Positions 49,701 through 62,222 of a stretch of DNA of 64,000 nt are shown piece after piece (position 1 is the first letter of the stretch; each line of letters starts with the position of its first letter). The notes below the pieces were generated by a model. That model was not told the DNA's origin and did no database searches. It saw only the letters and a list, made by a program, of their open reading frames with translations. Position numbers and translations under genes: made by a program. The stretch comes from Vicugna vicugna (Eukaryota), in contig MU058241.1 of the NCBI GenBank assembly GCA_013265495.1, positions 807,249-871,248 on the forward strand, written 5' to 3'.

Positions 49701-50073
49701 GCGAGCACCCCAGTCCTATCCAGCTCCTATCACGGTTCAGAAATGGATCTGGGGGCCTCTACTCCAACAACAGGAGAGCAGACCTGGCGCAGGACAGGGC
49801 TATGACAACCACGGGGCACAGAGGTGGCTCCACTCAACGTCCAGTGCGGGCTCTTGTCACCACAACACCAACCACACCTCCTACCAAGGGGATAACAGCC
49901 AGCACACAAAGAGGAAAGGCGTGGCAGGCTCCCACGCTAGAAACAGCCCTTAGACCAAAAATATTAGACTCACGGAGCCTACGCAGGGGGACATTCACAT
50001 AAAAATAGCCCTTCAAGACCAGAGTAGATAACTGTTTCTCCTGAACTCACAAGGTCTGAGAAGTATAAGTAAA

Positions 50074-50958
50074 ATGAAGAAGTAGAGGAAAGACTCCCAG
50101 ATAAAAGACCAAGAGAATTCTCCTGAAAGAACAAAGAATGAAAGCCATCTCCAGTTTACCATTTCCCAAATTCAAAAAGGGGATAATGAAAATACTGAAG
50201 GAATTAAGAAAGCTTATTGTAGAAATGAAGATTACTATCAAAAGGAAATAGAAACTATAAAGAGGAGCCAATTAAAATTAGAAAACTCATTTGCCCAGAT
50301 AAAAACTCAGTTAAAGGCAATAAACAGCAAACTGAATTATGCAGAAGAACAAAAAAGTGATCTGGAAGGTAAAATAACGGAAATCACCCAATCAGAACAA
50401 CAGACAGAAAGACCAATAAAAATAATGAAAGCACTATATGAGATCTATAGGATAATATAAAGTGCCCCAGTCTATGCATAATAGGGGTCCCAGAAGGAGA
50501 AGAAAGAGGTAAGAGGACTGAAAATGTACTGGAGGAAATTATGGCTGAAAAGTTCCCAAACCTGAAGAAGGAAAGAGGTATCCAGATAAAGGAAGCACAG
50601 AGGGTCTCAAACAAGATGAACCCAAACAGACCTACACCAAGACATTATAATTAAAATGGCAAAAGGTAAAGATAAAGAGGATTCTAAAGGCAGCAAGAGA
50701 AAAACAAAGCGTTCATTACAAGGGAACCTCCTTGAAGCTATCAGTTGATTTCTTTACAGAAACACTGCAGGCCAGAAGGGAGTAGCACAAGATATTAAAG
50801 TCCTGAAAGAGAAAGTCCTGCAATCTAAGATTCTCCACCCAGCAAGATTATTATTTACAATCAAAGGAGAAATATAGAATTTCTCAGACAAGCAAAAACT
50901 AAAAGAATACAGCAATACTAAGCTTCTTCCAAAAGAAATATTGAAAGGTCTTCTCTAA
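50074..50958 (+). pseudogene. L1 ORF1p remnant
   Basis: ATG at 50074 followed by an early stop; recognisable IIGVPEGEE and EIMAEKFPNL segments. Confidence 0.8.
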
Positions 50959-51398
50959 ACAGCAAAAAAGTAAGAATCTATAAAAAAGAGAAAATCACAA
51001 GTGGAAAGTAGTAACCCAGTATACAGACCAAAAAAACACAAAAATTTTTGTGAAAGCAGTGGTGACTACAATGAAGTAAAAGGATAAACATCAAGATATA
51101 AGAGGATATCAAAATCATAAAATGTGGGGGAGAAGAGTAAGAAAATGTTTTTTTTTTTTAGAATGTGTTTGAGTCTATAACGACCACCAGTCTAAAGCAA
51201 ACAGATACAGTAATTGGTTAACACACCTGAAAAAGAAGGTAACCACAAATCACAACATACAACAGATTCACAAAAACCAAAAAGAAGAGAATACAACCAT
51301 AGTAGAAAAGAAAACCAACAAACCACAAAAGGAAGAATGGACAGAAAAAGAAAGGAACAAAGAAGAAATACAAAATCAACTGGAAACCAAGGTTTAAA

Positions 51399-52964
51399 AT
51401 GGCAATAAATACATATCTATCAATAATTACCTTAAATGTCAATGGACTAAATGCTCCAATCAAAAGATAGAGTGGCAGATTGGATAACAAAACAAGAGCC
51501 CACAATATGCTGCCTTCAAGAGACTGACTTCAGGGCAAAGGACACACACATATTGAAATTGAAGAAATGGAAAAAAATACTTCACGAAGATGGAAATGAC
51601 AAGAAAGTAGGGGTAGCAATATTCTTATCTGACAAAATAGACTTTAAAACAAAGGCCATAAAGAAAGATACAGAAGGACACTAAATAAATGATAAAAAGA
51701 TCAATGTAAGAAGAGGATATTACACTGGCTAACATATATGCACCCCATAAAGGAGTATGTAAATCCATAAAGCAAATACAAACAGACATAAAGGCGGACA
51801 CTGACAGAAATGTGGTAATAGTAGGAGACTTTTAACACCCTACTCACATCAATGGAAAGATCTTCCAGACAGAAAATAAGACAACAAAGATTCTAAATAA
51901 TCTAATAGAATGGTTAGATTTAATTAACATTTTCAGGATATTTCATCTAAAAATCCCAGAATACACACTGTTTTCAAGTGCACAGGAAACATTCTCTAGG
52001 CTTGACCACATATTCAGACATAAAACAAACTTCAAAAATTTTAAGAGGATAAAATTATTTCAAGCATCTTTTCTGACCACAATGGCATGAAACTAGAAAT
52101 CCACTCACAGAAAGTTAAGTGGGGAAAAAAAAAACAGTTACATGGAAACTGAACAACATGCTACTAAGAAACCAATGGATCATCAATGAAAACAAAGAGG
52201 AAATTAAAAAATACTTTCAGATAAATGACAATAAAAACACAGCCACACAAAATCTATAGGATGCAGTATAGGAAAAGCAGTCTTAAGAGGGACATTCACA
52301 GTGATACAGGTTTTCCTCAAAAACCAAGTCTCAAATGAACAACCTAACCTATCACCTAAAAGCATTAGAAAAAAGAATAACAGCAAAATCTAAAGTCACC
52401 AGAAGGAAAAAATAATAAAGATCAGAAAGGAAATAAAATAGAGATTAAAAAATAATACAAAAAAAAATCAATACAACCAAGAGCTGGTCCTCTGAAAGGG
52501 CAAACAACATCCACAAACCTCTAGCCAGGTTCACCAAGAGGGAAACAGAGGACCCAAATAAACAAAATAAGAAGTGAAAGAGGAGAAATAACAACTGATA
52601 CCATGGAAATACAAAAAACCGTACGAGAATACTGTGAACAATTATATACCAACAAATTGGACAACCTAGAAGAAGCAGACAAGTTTTCAGAAACATACAG
52701 TCCATCAAGACTGAATCAAGAAGATAATCTGAACAGACTGATCACTAGTGGTGAAACAGAATCTGTAATAATAATGATAATAATAAAAAACCCCTGCAAA
52801 CAAAAGTCCAGAATGAAATGGCTTCACTGAGGAATTCTACAAAACATGTAAAAGAAGAACTTATACCAATCCTTCTCAAACTTTTCCCAAAAAATGAAGA
52901 GGAGGGAACACCCCCAAAGCCATTCTATGCCACCATCACTCTGAGACCAAAACCAGACAAAGAC

Positions 52965-53017
<53 letters not shown>

Positions 53018-55140
53018 GTCAATCCAACAATACATAAAAAAGATCATACACCATAATCAAGTGAGATTCATCCCAGGGTCACAAGGATGGTTCAACATAT
53101 GCAAATCAATCAATGTGATATTCTACATCAACAACAAAAAAAGTCAAAAACCACACAGTTATTTCAACAGATGCAGAGAAAGCCTTTGATAAAATGTAAC
53201 ATCCATTCATGATCAAAATTCTCACCAAAATGGGTACAGAGGGAATATGTCTCAACATAATAAAAGCTATGTATGACAAAGCCACAGCCAACATAATACT
53301 CAATGGTGAAGAGCTGAAAGGCTTCCTGGTAAATTCAGAAACAAGACAAGGATGCTCTCTGTCACCACTTCTATTCAACATAGTATTAGAAGCCCTAGCC
53401 ACAGAAATCAGAAAAGAGCAAAATAAAGTAGAAGAGATCCAAATTGGAAGATAAGAGGTATAATTGTCATTATATACAGATGGCATGATACTATATATAG
53501 AAAATTCTAAAGATTCCACACAAAAATTCCTAGAAATGATAAACCAATTCAGCAAGGTAGCAGGATACAAGATTAACAAGCAGAAATCTGTTGCATTTCT
53601 TTACAATGACAGTGAAATATTAGAAAATGAAAGTTAAAAAACAATCTCTTTAAAAATCACATCAAAAAAATAATAAAATACTAGGAATAAATCTAACCAA
53701 GGAGGTGAAAGACATATATGCTGAGAACTATAAAACAGTGATAAAGGAAACTGAAGATGACTCTAAGAAATGGAAAGATATCTCATGTTCATGGAATGGA
53801 AGCATATTATTAAAATGGCCATACTACCCAAATAAATCTACAAATTTAATGTGATCACCCTCAATTATCCCCATCACATTAACACAGAACTAGAACAAAT
53901 AATCCCAAAATTTATGTGAAACCATAAAAGACCCAGAATTGCTAAAGTAATCCTGAGGAAGAACAACAAAGCTGGAGACATAACCTCCCAGACTTCAGAC
54001 AATTCTACAGAGTTACAGTAATCAAAGCAATGTGGTACTGGCACCAAAACAGACATATGGATCAATGGAACAGAACAGGGAGTCCAGAAATAAACCTGCA
54101 GACCTCTGGTCAATTAATCTTATACAAAGGAGGCAAGAATATACGATGGAGAAAAGACAGTCTCTTCAGCAGTGGTGTTGGGAAAGCTGGATAGCCGCAT
54201 GTAAATCAATGAAGTCAGAACACTTCCTCACACAATACAAATAAACTGCATATGGCTTAAAGATTTAAATATAAGACAGGACACCATAAAGCTCCTAGAG
54301 GAGAACATAGGGAAAACATTTTTGGACATAAATTGTACCAGTGTTTTCTTAGGTCAGTCTCCCAAGGCGACAGAAATGAAAGCAAAAATAAACAAATGGC
54401 ACCTGATGAAATTTATAAGCTTTTACACAGCAAAGGAAACCAAAAACAAAATGAAAAGACAACCTATGGTCTGGGAGAAAACATGTGCAAACAATGCAAC
54501 CAACAAGGGCTTAATTTTCAAAATATACAAACAGCTCATACAACTCAATAGCAAAAAAACGAACAACCCCCCCTCCTCAAATGGTCAGAAGACCTAAACA
54601 GACATTTCTCCAAAGAAGACATATCAAGGTCAACAGGCACATGAAAAGACACTAAACATCACTAATTACTAGAGAAATGCAAATCCAAACTACACTGAGG
54701 TATCACCTCACACCAGTCAGAATGGCCATCTTTCAAAAATACATAAATGACAAATGCTGGAGAGGCTGTGGAGAAAAGGGAACCCTCCTACACTGCTTTG
54801 GGAATGCAGTTTGGTGCAGCCACTGTGGAAAATAGTATGGAGATTCCTCAAAAGACTAGGAATAGACTTACCATATGACCCAGCAATCCTACTGCTAGGT
54901 ATATATCTGGAGAAAACTCTAATTCAGAAAGATACATGCACCCCAATGTTCATAGCAGCACTATTTACAATAGCTAAGACATGGAAGCAACCTAAGTGTG
55001 CACTGACAGATGACTGGATAAATAAGTTGTGGTATATTTATACAATGGAATACTACTCAGCAATAAAGAAGAATAAAATAATGCCATTTGCTGCAACACG
55101 GATGGACCTGGAGATCGTCATTCTAAATGAAGGCAGTCAG
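51399..55140 (+). pseudogene. L1 ORF2p (endonuclease/reverse transcriptase) remnant
   Basis: Fragmented ORFs at 51451, 52603, 52818, 53209, 54322 and 54754 are all ORF2p-like. The catalytic FADD motif reads YTDG at ~53473. Confidence 0.9.
52967..53017. repeat. (CT)n(AT)n microsatellite inside L1 ORF2
   Basis: Direct reading of the sequence. Confidence 0.95.
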
Positions 55141-57197
55141 AGGAGATGGAAAGAGCATTTTTCAATCAAAAGATTATAATTGTTTCAACTATTAGGTGTT
55201 TTGTGGGGAAAAAAACAAATAACAATCAGTAATCAGAATTTGTTAAACTCTTGGAATACAGTATTCCATTTCTTACTTATTTTACAGCATTTCCCATCCA
55301 AGTCTATTCTGGGATTCCCATTGCTATGCTGGTTCTAAGAGCTGAACACTGGAAACAACAGAAATGTCATGGTTAAATACATGAGGACGTAACCATAAAA
55401 TGGTGTGATTTTCCAGCTATAAAACAGAAGGAATCGCTAAAGACAAGGAAGGAGGGTGAGCAAAACATCTGAAGTAAAAATACTCTCAACAACAGTCCAC
55501 ATTTCAGGGGACAGGCAGGAGAGAGACACGGAGAGGGAAGCATCTTGACTTTTCAGTTTCCATCTTTTTACCATTTTGAACTTTCTTACAACATGTGTGC
55601 TACAATGTTTTCAGGTTTCCTTTTAATCCATAATATATTATGACTTTTCCTTCTGTGTTAATCATTTTAGGAGATTTTTCTTTTAAACTGCACTAGAGAT
55701 GTTTTCCCCCAGACATGTATAATTGTGTCAAGGGCAAGCATGAAAAGAATTTAAGGTAATGTTTAAATATTTAATCCAAGACTAATGGTTGTGGTCAGGA
55801 CAAAAGGGGAGGGGGAGAGAGACAGCAAAAAAGAGACTGATGCATGTGAGTTGAGGGGAAAATCACTCATGGAGGCACTGAGACTTCAAACTGGGTGGAA
55901 TTCCAGGAGAAAAACGTAGTTACCACATGAAAACATCTAAAAAAGTAGTGTATCTTTCCTACGGTTCTGTGAGGGAAGAGACAAAGAGCACTTTTCTAAT
56001 AGGATTAAAACGGCCTGAGAGGGTTTTAGCAATTGCCCCTAATTTTACCAGCCTGGGACCTGCCATTCAACTTGCCCTAACGCCCACAGGCACCTCTGAA
56101 GTCAGTCAACACGGACACGCACCCTCCTACCCCCGACCCCGATCCCAGCATCAGTACAACCAGGTGTGCAAGCCACGGTCCCCAGGAGGAACAGGTTTTC
56201 CTCTCACACACACAGCTGAAATGCCACAGCCTTAAGAGACCTGCAGCCCTGCTCTCCCAAACACGCTTCAGACCCAAGTTCTCAGTACAGACGTCCAATG
56301 ACAGCCGTCTCACCAAGTAGAATTACAAGAGCTTAAAGCAGCAGCATTTGCTAGAACACTGACGGAAAATCGAACCCAGATTTAAACTTCACTAGGAAGT
56401 TTAAATTAGGATGATTCCCTAATAATTTGTTCTCATGCGGCCCCAGGCTGTGTGCGAAACTGAAAATAAAGAACACAAGATCAAGTCGCCCCCGGGCTCA
56501 GTTTAACTGCATCCTCGGTTATGTTCCAATTCCTAAATTGTTGTTAGCAAATTAGGTAACGCGTCTGTCTCTGTCAGCGGAGGACTCGGCCACAGTCAAC
56601 GCCCTCATGAGGAAGGTCATCTAGTGATGAGGGCCTCTCACCAGACAGCAGAGGTGTCTAAAGCTCCCCTGGTTCGGCTAATGCCTCGAGGAATTTTAAA
56701 GCTATCTCTTCAATAAGGAACATCAAATACTTCAACAGACAATGGGTTTTTCCCTCTCATTTACTGAGGCAGATAAATCACCTTGAAAGGAACCGGGCCT
56801 GGTTACCTCATTATTTCTAATATGTTTGCAGAGAGGGAAAAAACCACAGCCTTCCAAACAGACACTTCCTCTACTTCTGCACGAGAAGGAAGGGTCACAA
56901 TTCAGAGATCCCGCGTCCTGGGGCCTTGAGGGCTACTGGTGTCAAAGTCTGTGTTCCCTTCACGACTGATGCCCCTGGCGGGACAGGGTGGACTCGCTGG
57001 GTGTCAAGCGACCTTTCAATTTCTTTCCTTGCGCATGTTAGGAAATGCAGACAACAGAATGAACGCAGGAGTACAGTTTAAATAGCCACAACCTTTCTTT
57101 CTTTCTTTTTTTCTTTTCGTATTTGATTGAATGTAGTTTTGAACAACAAATACTGACATTGCGCTCGCTCACAGGAGTAAAAACGACTCTCTGGATT

Positions 57198-57370
57198 AGT
57201 GATTCTCAAAATGCAGCACCTGTATCACCTGGGGACCTTCCGCAAATGGAAATTACTGTGCCTGATGGAGACTGACCTACGGAATCAGGAATTCAGGGTG
57301 GGGCCCAGCTCTCCTGGTCAGCAGAGCCTCTACGTGGGTCTGGTGTGCAGTGAGGGGTCGGAGCCGCTGC
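57198..57370. mobile_element. MER5A hAT-Charlie DNA transposon
   Basis: 'gtgattctcaaa...atcacctgggga...gcaaatggaaatt...gacctacggaatcagga...ggtggggcccagc...gagccgctg'. Confidence 0.7.
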
Positions 57371-58789
57371 CCCGCGTGCTAACCACGATTGGCAGCATTC
57401 TTTGAACAAGAACCCTCCACCGTAGTGTATCTGCAGTGACAGACAAGACCACGTTGGTATTCATATGGCATAGTTAACTCATTTTCTCTTACAAAAACTT
57501 CTGTTTTCCAATCACGGTTAACGGACTGACTGACTTTGAAGTGGAGATATGCTTGCGGTTACCTAGTAACACCAACGTGTGAGCATCTACACAACCTTCT
57601 CTGCTTTGGAGGCTTGTCTGAAGAACTCACAAAATGGGTCTTCAGCTAAAAAGGCTGGCACTGCCTCGGGAAAACAGCGCGTGGTGTCTGTTGAAGGGGG
57701 TACACAGGACGTGTACATAAGCCATGCTAAATGCTGGGCATCGATCACGTACACCTCAAAAGGCCTGTGACACGGGTCCTCGTGTTACCTGCCTCAGACA
57801 CAGAACAACCCATCTTCCAAGAGGTTGACTGTCTCACACTGGGCACATGGCCTCCAAATCCGGTCTCAGATGCCAGGCTGTAAAGGCCATGCCTTTCCCC
57901 TCATTCATGAGCAGACTGACCCTCATGTTCTTTTTAGTTAACAGGTGACAATTCTTTTTAACCTCCCTTGAACTCTTTTGCCAAAAACAGGCTTTACTGT
58001 CCATTTTCCAATTGAAAGCTGTGAAGCTAAACCACTCTGGCCAGAATCAAAACCCAGCACCATGGCAGTCATCCACGGTTCGATTATGTGTGGGAAGAGG
58101 AGACTGTCAGCTAGGACAGAGGACCTGGGGGGTGACAACAGACTGGGAGAGCGGCCTCCCTCACGTGCGATCGGGACAGTATTTCTAGACCCACGTCACC
58201 CACCTTTCGCTCTTCCAAGCACGGTTCCGCCCCAAAAGTGGCTCTAGTTAGAGGTGGTGTCCACTCGAAGCTGTCACTTGTCATAAATCGTCAGCCAGCA
58301 CACCTTTGTCTCCAAGACCTACCAGTAAAAAGAGAGACATTACATGTATTGTGGAAGGATGAAAAGGCACTCAAGAATTATAATAGTTAATAAAGAGTTA
58401 AATGGGTTCAAACGGTGGAATGCAAGACCCTTGTAGACACACTGAATTCCACGGCTGACATTTAAACTTTTGGAGAGTTTATATTTAAACTATATAGTAT
58501 AAAGGAACACAGGTTATGTTTCAGCTAGCATGTGTCTGCGTGCACGTGTGTGTGTGTGTGTGTTTTGTGCAAGAGGAGATCCAGCCAAAACATACACCCC
58601 CAGGAACAGTGGGCTTTTGTGTCTCGTGTTCGCGGTATGCTGAAAGACGCTTGAGTGCCTGCTTTCCACTTCATCTGCGTGGATTTCATTTTTCTGGATT
58701 TAACAGCAATTCCTACGGCCTGGGAAGGGTTTCCTGGCGAGGTGGGTCGGGGCCATCTGTACGTTTCACCTGGACTGTTCCATCCTCAC

Positions 58790-59210
58790 CTCACGCAGTC
58801 TACCCCCCTGCCCTGAGGAAAGAGTAAACCCATTAAAATGTAAGTCAGATCTTATCCCCTCTCTGCTCAGATCCTCCCAGTGACTTCTAGCTAGTTCAGT
58901 GGGAACAGAGGGGCCCCCAGCCCGGCCCAGTCTGGCCCTCCACACCCCACCTTGTTCTCGCCACCATCCTGACTTGTCTACTTCCTGGAAAACTTCACAT
59001 TGCTCAGCCCCCACTCCCCTAACCTTCAGGACCCTCTAACCAGCTGCTTCTATTTCTACAGCTCTCCTCACTACCAGATACACCACATCTTCATTTGTCC
59101 GTTCCTGCCCCCACAATGAAGTATCTAGAACCCCGGACTTGCCGGGGAGCATGGTGAACAGGGCCATGCCCATCCCAGGCTCTCAGTCAGTATCTGTGCC
59201 ACGAGTGAAC
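58790..59210 (+). mobile_element. L2 LINE 3' fragment
   Basis: 'ttaaaatgtaagtcagatcttatcccctctctgctcagatcctcccagtgacttc' and a terminal 'ggctctcagtcagtatctgtgccacgagtgaa'. Confidence 0.7.
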
Positions 59211-61169
59211 AGCCAGCGAGACACAGACCAGCCAGGAGGGAACCTCAGTAGACAAACCACACAAATCCCACCCATGTGGTCCCCCTAGAAGGGTGGCCCA
59301 CAGACTCCAGCATGTATCTCCCTGAAGCTGGTTCTCATGAGGAGCAGATTAAACACTTCCCGCCTATTCATCCCCGGCAGGAGGGACACAGCCCTTCCCC
59401 GAAGGGCTGGCCCATGTCCAACAGCAAACACACCTGCCATCTTAACTTCCTGTCCCAGGTTATAGTTTCCATAACTACCTCCCCTCCTCCCTCCTGGTCC
59501 TCAAATCTCTAGTAATACAACCTGCACGGCTGAGATGGAGGGGGCAAGGTGCCTTCATGAGACCTTCAACCTCTACTTCACATTCTGCAAAGTCTTTTCA
59601 TCTTTCCTCGCCTGTGACTAGGTATGGCCTGTACTCACCGGCAGGAGCTAAGACGTTGAACTGTCACCAGGAATTTGAGAAAGAAATGTATTTCCCATGT
59701 TTTCTTTGGCATTGGTCACAGCACAGTTTCAAGCAACTTTCTTTACATTACATGAATTACATGATTTCACAATCCTAAGAGGCTCTAAGTTTATCTAAAG
59801 AACGGTGTCCACAGACAATGAGAGAATGGCCAAGGGCATCGAGTGTGGGACTGAGAGTAAAGGCTGAAAAGGACATTTGAAGTATGTACAGTTATGCACA
59901 GTCATCTGATTAAAATTCAGTGCCCTGAACAATGGACTTGCTGCTAATTATTTTATTTCTGGTTTGAAAATAAATTGAGGAAGCAATCTGAAGTTCTGGC
60001 AACACATTCTCCTGCCCAGAACTATGAACTGGTCTAAGCAATTTTGATACAAAAGTGACTTAAGAAGAGTGACATAAGGATGTTTCGACCTCACTGAAGT
60101 ACGCTGGGGGTGTCCTCTCACCTCGTTGAGTCTCACTGGCCTCATCTACAAGAGGAACCCTTGACTGGTTGCCGCTCCCTTGCATATGTACTTCCACTTT
60201 ATTGTGCATCCACCAAGCCCCAGGCCTCAGTGCAAGAACCATCCTGTCTAAGCCAGTTTCACACAAGTTTCAGAAGGTCTCCTGTGACCATGGGACAGGT
60301 ACCCCTTTACAGATCACTCCATCAGAAGGAAAAGCAAATTCTCAGCCAACAAGCCAGGACATCTGCACACCCACGAAGTCAACTGTAAACTGCACGGCAA
60401 AATGGGTCACACAACGACATTAAGCCATGGGCTTAACAACATTGTTAAAACCACGTTTTACCCATGGTGTATTGAACTTTTTGGATTTTGACTCCAGCAT
60501 TTCAAACAGAAGGGACCTCCTCCTGTACATTTCCTTCCGAAATCACTGATGGTCCCTGATGGTCCCTGAATGTTCACCAGAGCCGCCTGCTGAAAACTTC
60601 ACTGAGCTTTGCAACACCCGTCAGCTTCCGAGCTGCTTGGTGAGTCTTGCCAAAGCAAGCAGTGATTTAATACATCATTAACAAATGAAGTATTTTCCAA
60701 AAGAGGGATTTCACTTCAGTGCTCTCTCAGAGTGGGGGTTTCCCTTTGCTAATACAAAATCATCCCACACAATGCAGCGTATGCCCCATGAGACACAGAA
60801 GGCCAGCCAGCTCCCTCAGCGACGCACTTTCAGATGCCAGCTTCCCTCTGCCCATAGAGGATGCTTCCCTCACCCACCAGCAGAGCCTTCTCTGCGAGGA
60901 AACCTGCCTGCACACCTCATCTGACACTTAACTTTGTTGTTAACATGACAGAGGCTGTAATCACTTATCTAACTGATGACGAAAAAGAAAAACCTTTCGG
61001 TCAGAAGTTACCTTAAGGCTATGGTGATGAGATAAAATTATGGTATCTGAACACACGATGTCTCTGGGGATAATTTCTCCTATAAAACACACCCCTGCTC
61101 CTTTATGCGCCTCAAAAGCTGTGGTTCTTTTCTAGACGAAGGAAGAGTTTGCCCCTTCCTCACCTTGGG

Positions 61170-61340
61170 TGCATGTGGCAATACCCAGAGAAAGTTTCTG
61201 TTGCCAAAACGGGGCAATGAAAATGCTACTGGCATCTCGGGAGTAGCGGCTGAGGACGCTGCTTACCATCCTCTACTGGACTGGGCAGCCCCAGCACAGC
61301 AGGTTTATCCGGCCCCAGGCGTCACCAGGGCCCACGTTCT
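61170..61340. mobile_element. MER20-like fragment, opposite orientation to the other two
   Basis: 'tgctactggcatctcgggagtagcggctgaggacgctgcttaccatcct...gggcagcccc'. Confidence 0.6.
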
Positions 61341-62040
61341 GAATGCCTCAGTAAAGCAGAGAAAGACAAAATTCGCCTTTCAGTAAAGCTTTTGGTGGCT
61401 TATTCCATCAGTACTTTTTTTTTAGTATCTTGGATCTTCTCAATTATTCTATAACTTCGTATTTTCAGTAGTCAAGTTGGCATCTAACAAGCTCCAGCCC
61501 AAATCCCCAGGCCTGGTAGTGGGGTGCCTGCATTGCTGATGCTGATCAACACGCTGACACTGATGGCGAGTCCACTGCCATGACTAAAGCTCTGCTTCTA
61601 GGAAAATTAACACCTCCTGCTCCAGCACTGGTCGAAACATCCCTCCCTTGTCTGAGTGAACTCGTATCTACTGCACGGCCTCATGGATGAGTGGCGATCC
61701 AACCACAGATAAATGAGCCAATGAAAGAGCACTCCTTTTATTTTTAATCATTCTACTTTCTGCTAACGACAGTAAGTCACTTGGCTTGGACCTGAGCCTG
61801 AAACTCTAACGTCACGTGCTACGGTCCTCTAAAAATGCAAACGTAAGACAAGGTTATTTTTACTTGTTGAAGGAAGGAAGGAACACTTCCTCAGACTGCA
61901 CTCTTAGGGCATTTCTCTCTTCTGTTATTTGAGTGGGGTCATAATTCCTGAGGGAACAAGTCACGATATTGCATTTTTGTTGAATGTCCGCTGCACTTTC
62001 TGAGAATTAGTAAACTGTACTGAAGGTTTCTTCCTGCTAT

Positions 62041-62222
62041 GAAAGCAGCTCCTGTTCACTGACTGCATGAAATCAAGCTTAGAAAAAAACGAAAAAGACA
62101 AAATGGAATTTATTTCTACAAACTTCCAGCAATCAATTTGTTTTCCTGACGAAAGCAGCTCCTGTTCACTGACTGCATGGAATTTATTTCTACAAACTTC
62201 CAGCAATCAATTTGTTTTCCTG
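62041..62222 (+). repeat. Local duplication with A-spacer-B-A-B structure
   Basis: A (gaaagcagctcctgttcactgactgcatg) at 62041 and 62151; B (atggaatttatttctacaaacttccagcaatcaatttgttttcctg) at 62103 and 62177. Confidence 0.95.

Larger units (their letters stand above)
48554..55140 (+). mobile_element. Near-full-length inactive LINE-1 (5' UTR, ORF1, ORF2; most of the 3' UTR and the polyA missing)
   Basis: 5' UTR starts 'agatcaagacggcagaataggaggacatggagctcatctcctcccacagatacatcaaaaac'. ORF1 remnant 50074-50958 ends LKGLL*. ORF2 remnant starts 51399 with endonuclease (TLNVNGLNAPIKR, TICCLQET), RT (RQGCSLSPLLFNIVLEALA) and a C-terminal [14 protein letters not shown] knuckle. Many stops and frameshifts. 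Confidence 0.95.

Noticed and set aside
48835..49708. 220-, 160- and 121-aa minus-strand ORFs
   Set aside because: They lie in the GC-rich L1 5' UTR and resemble no protein I recognise.
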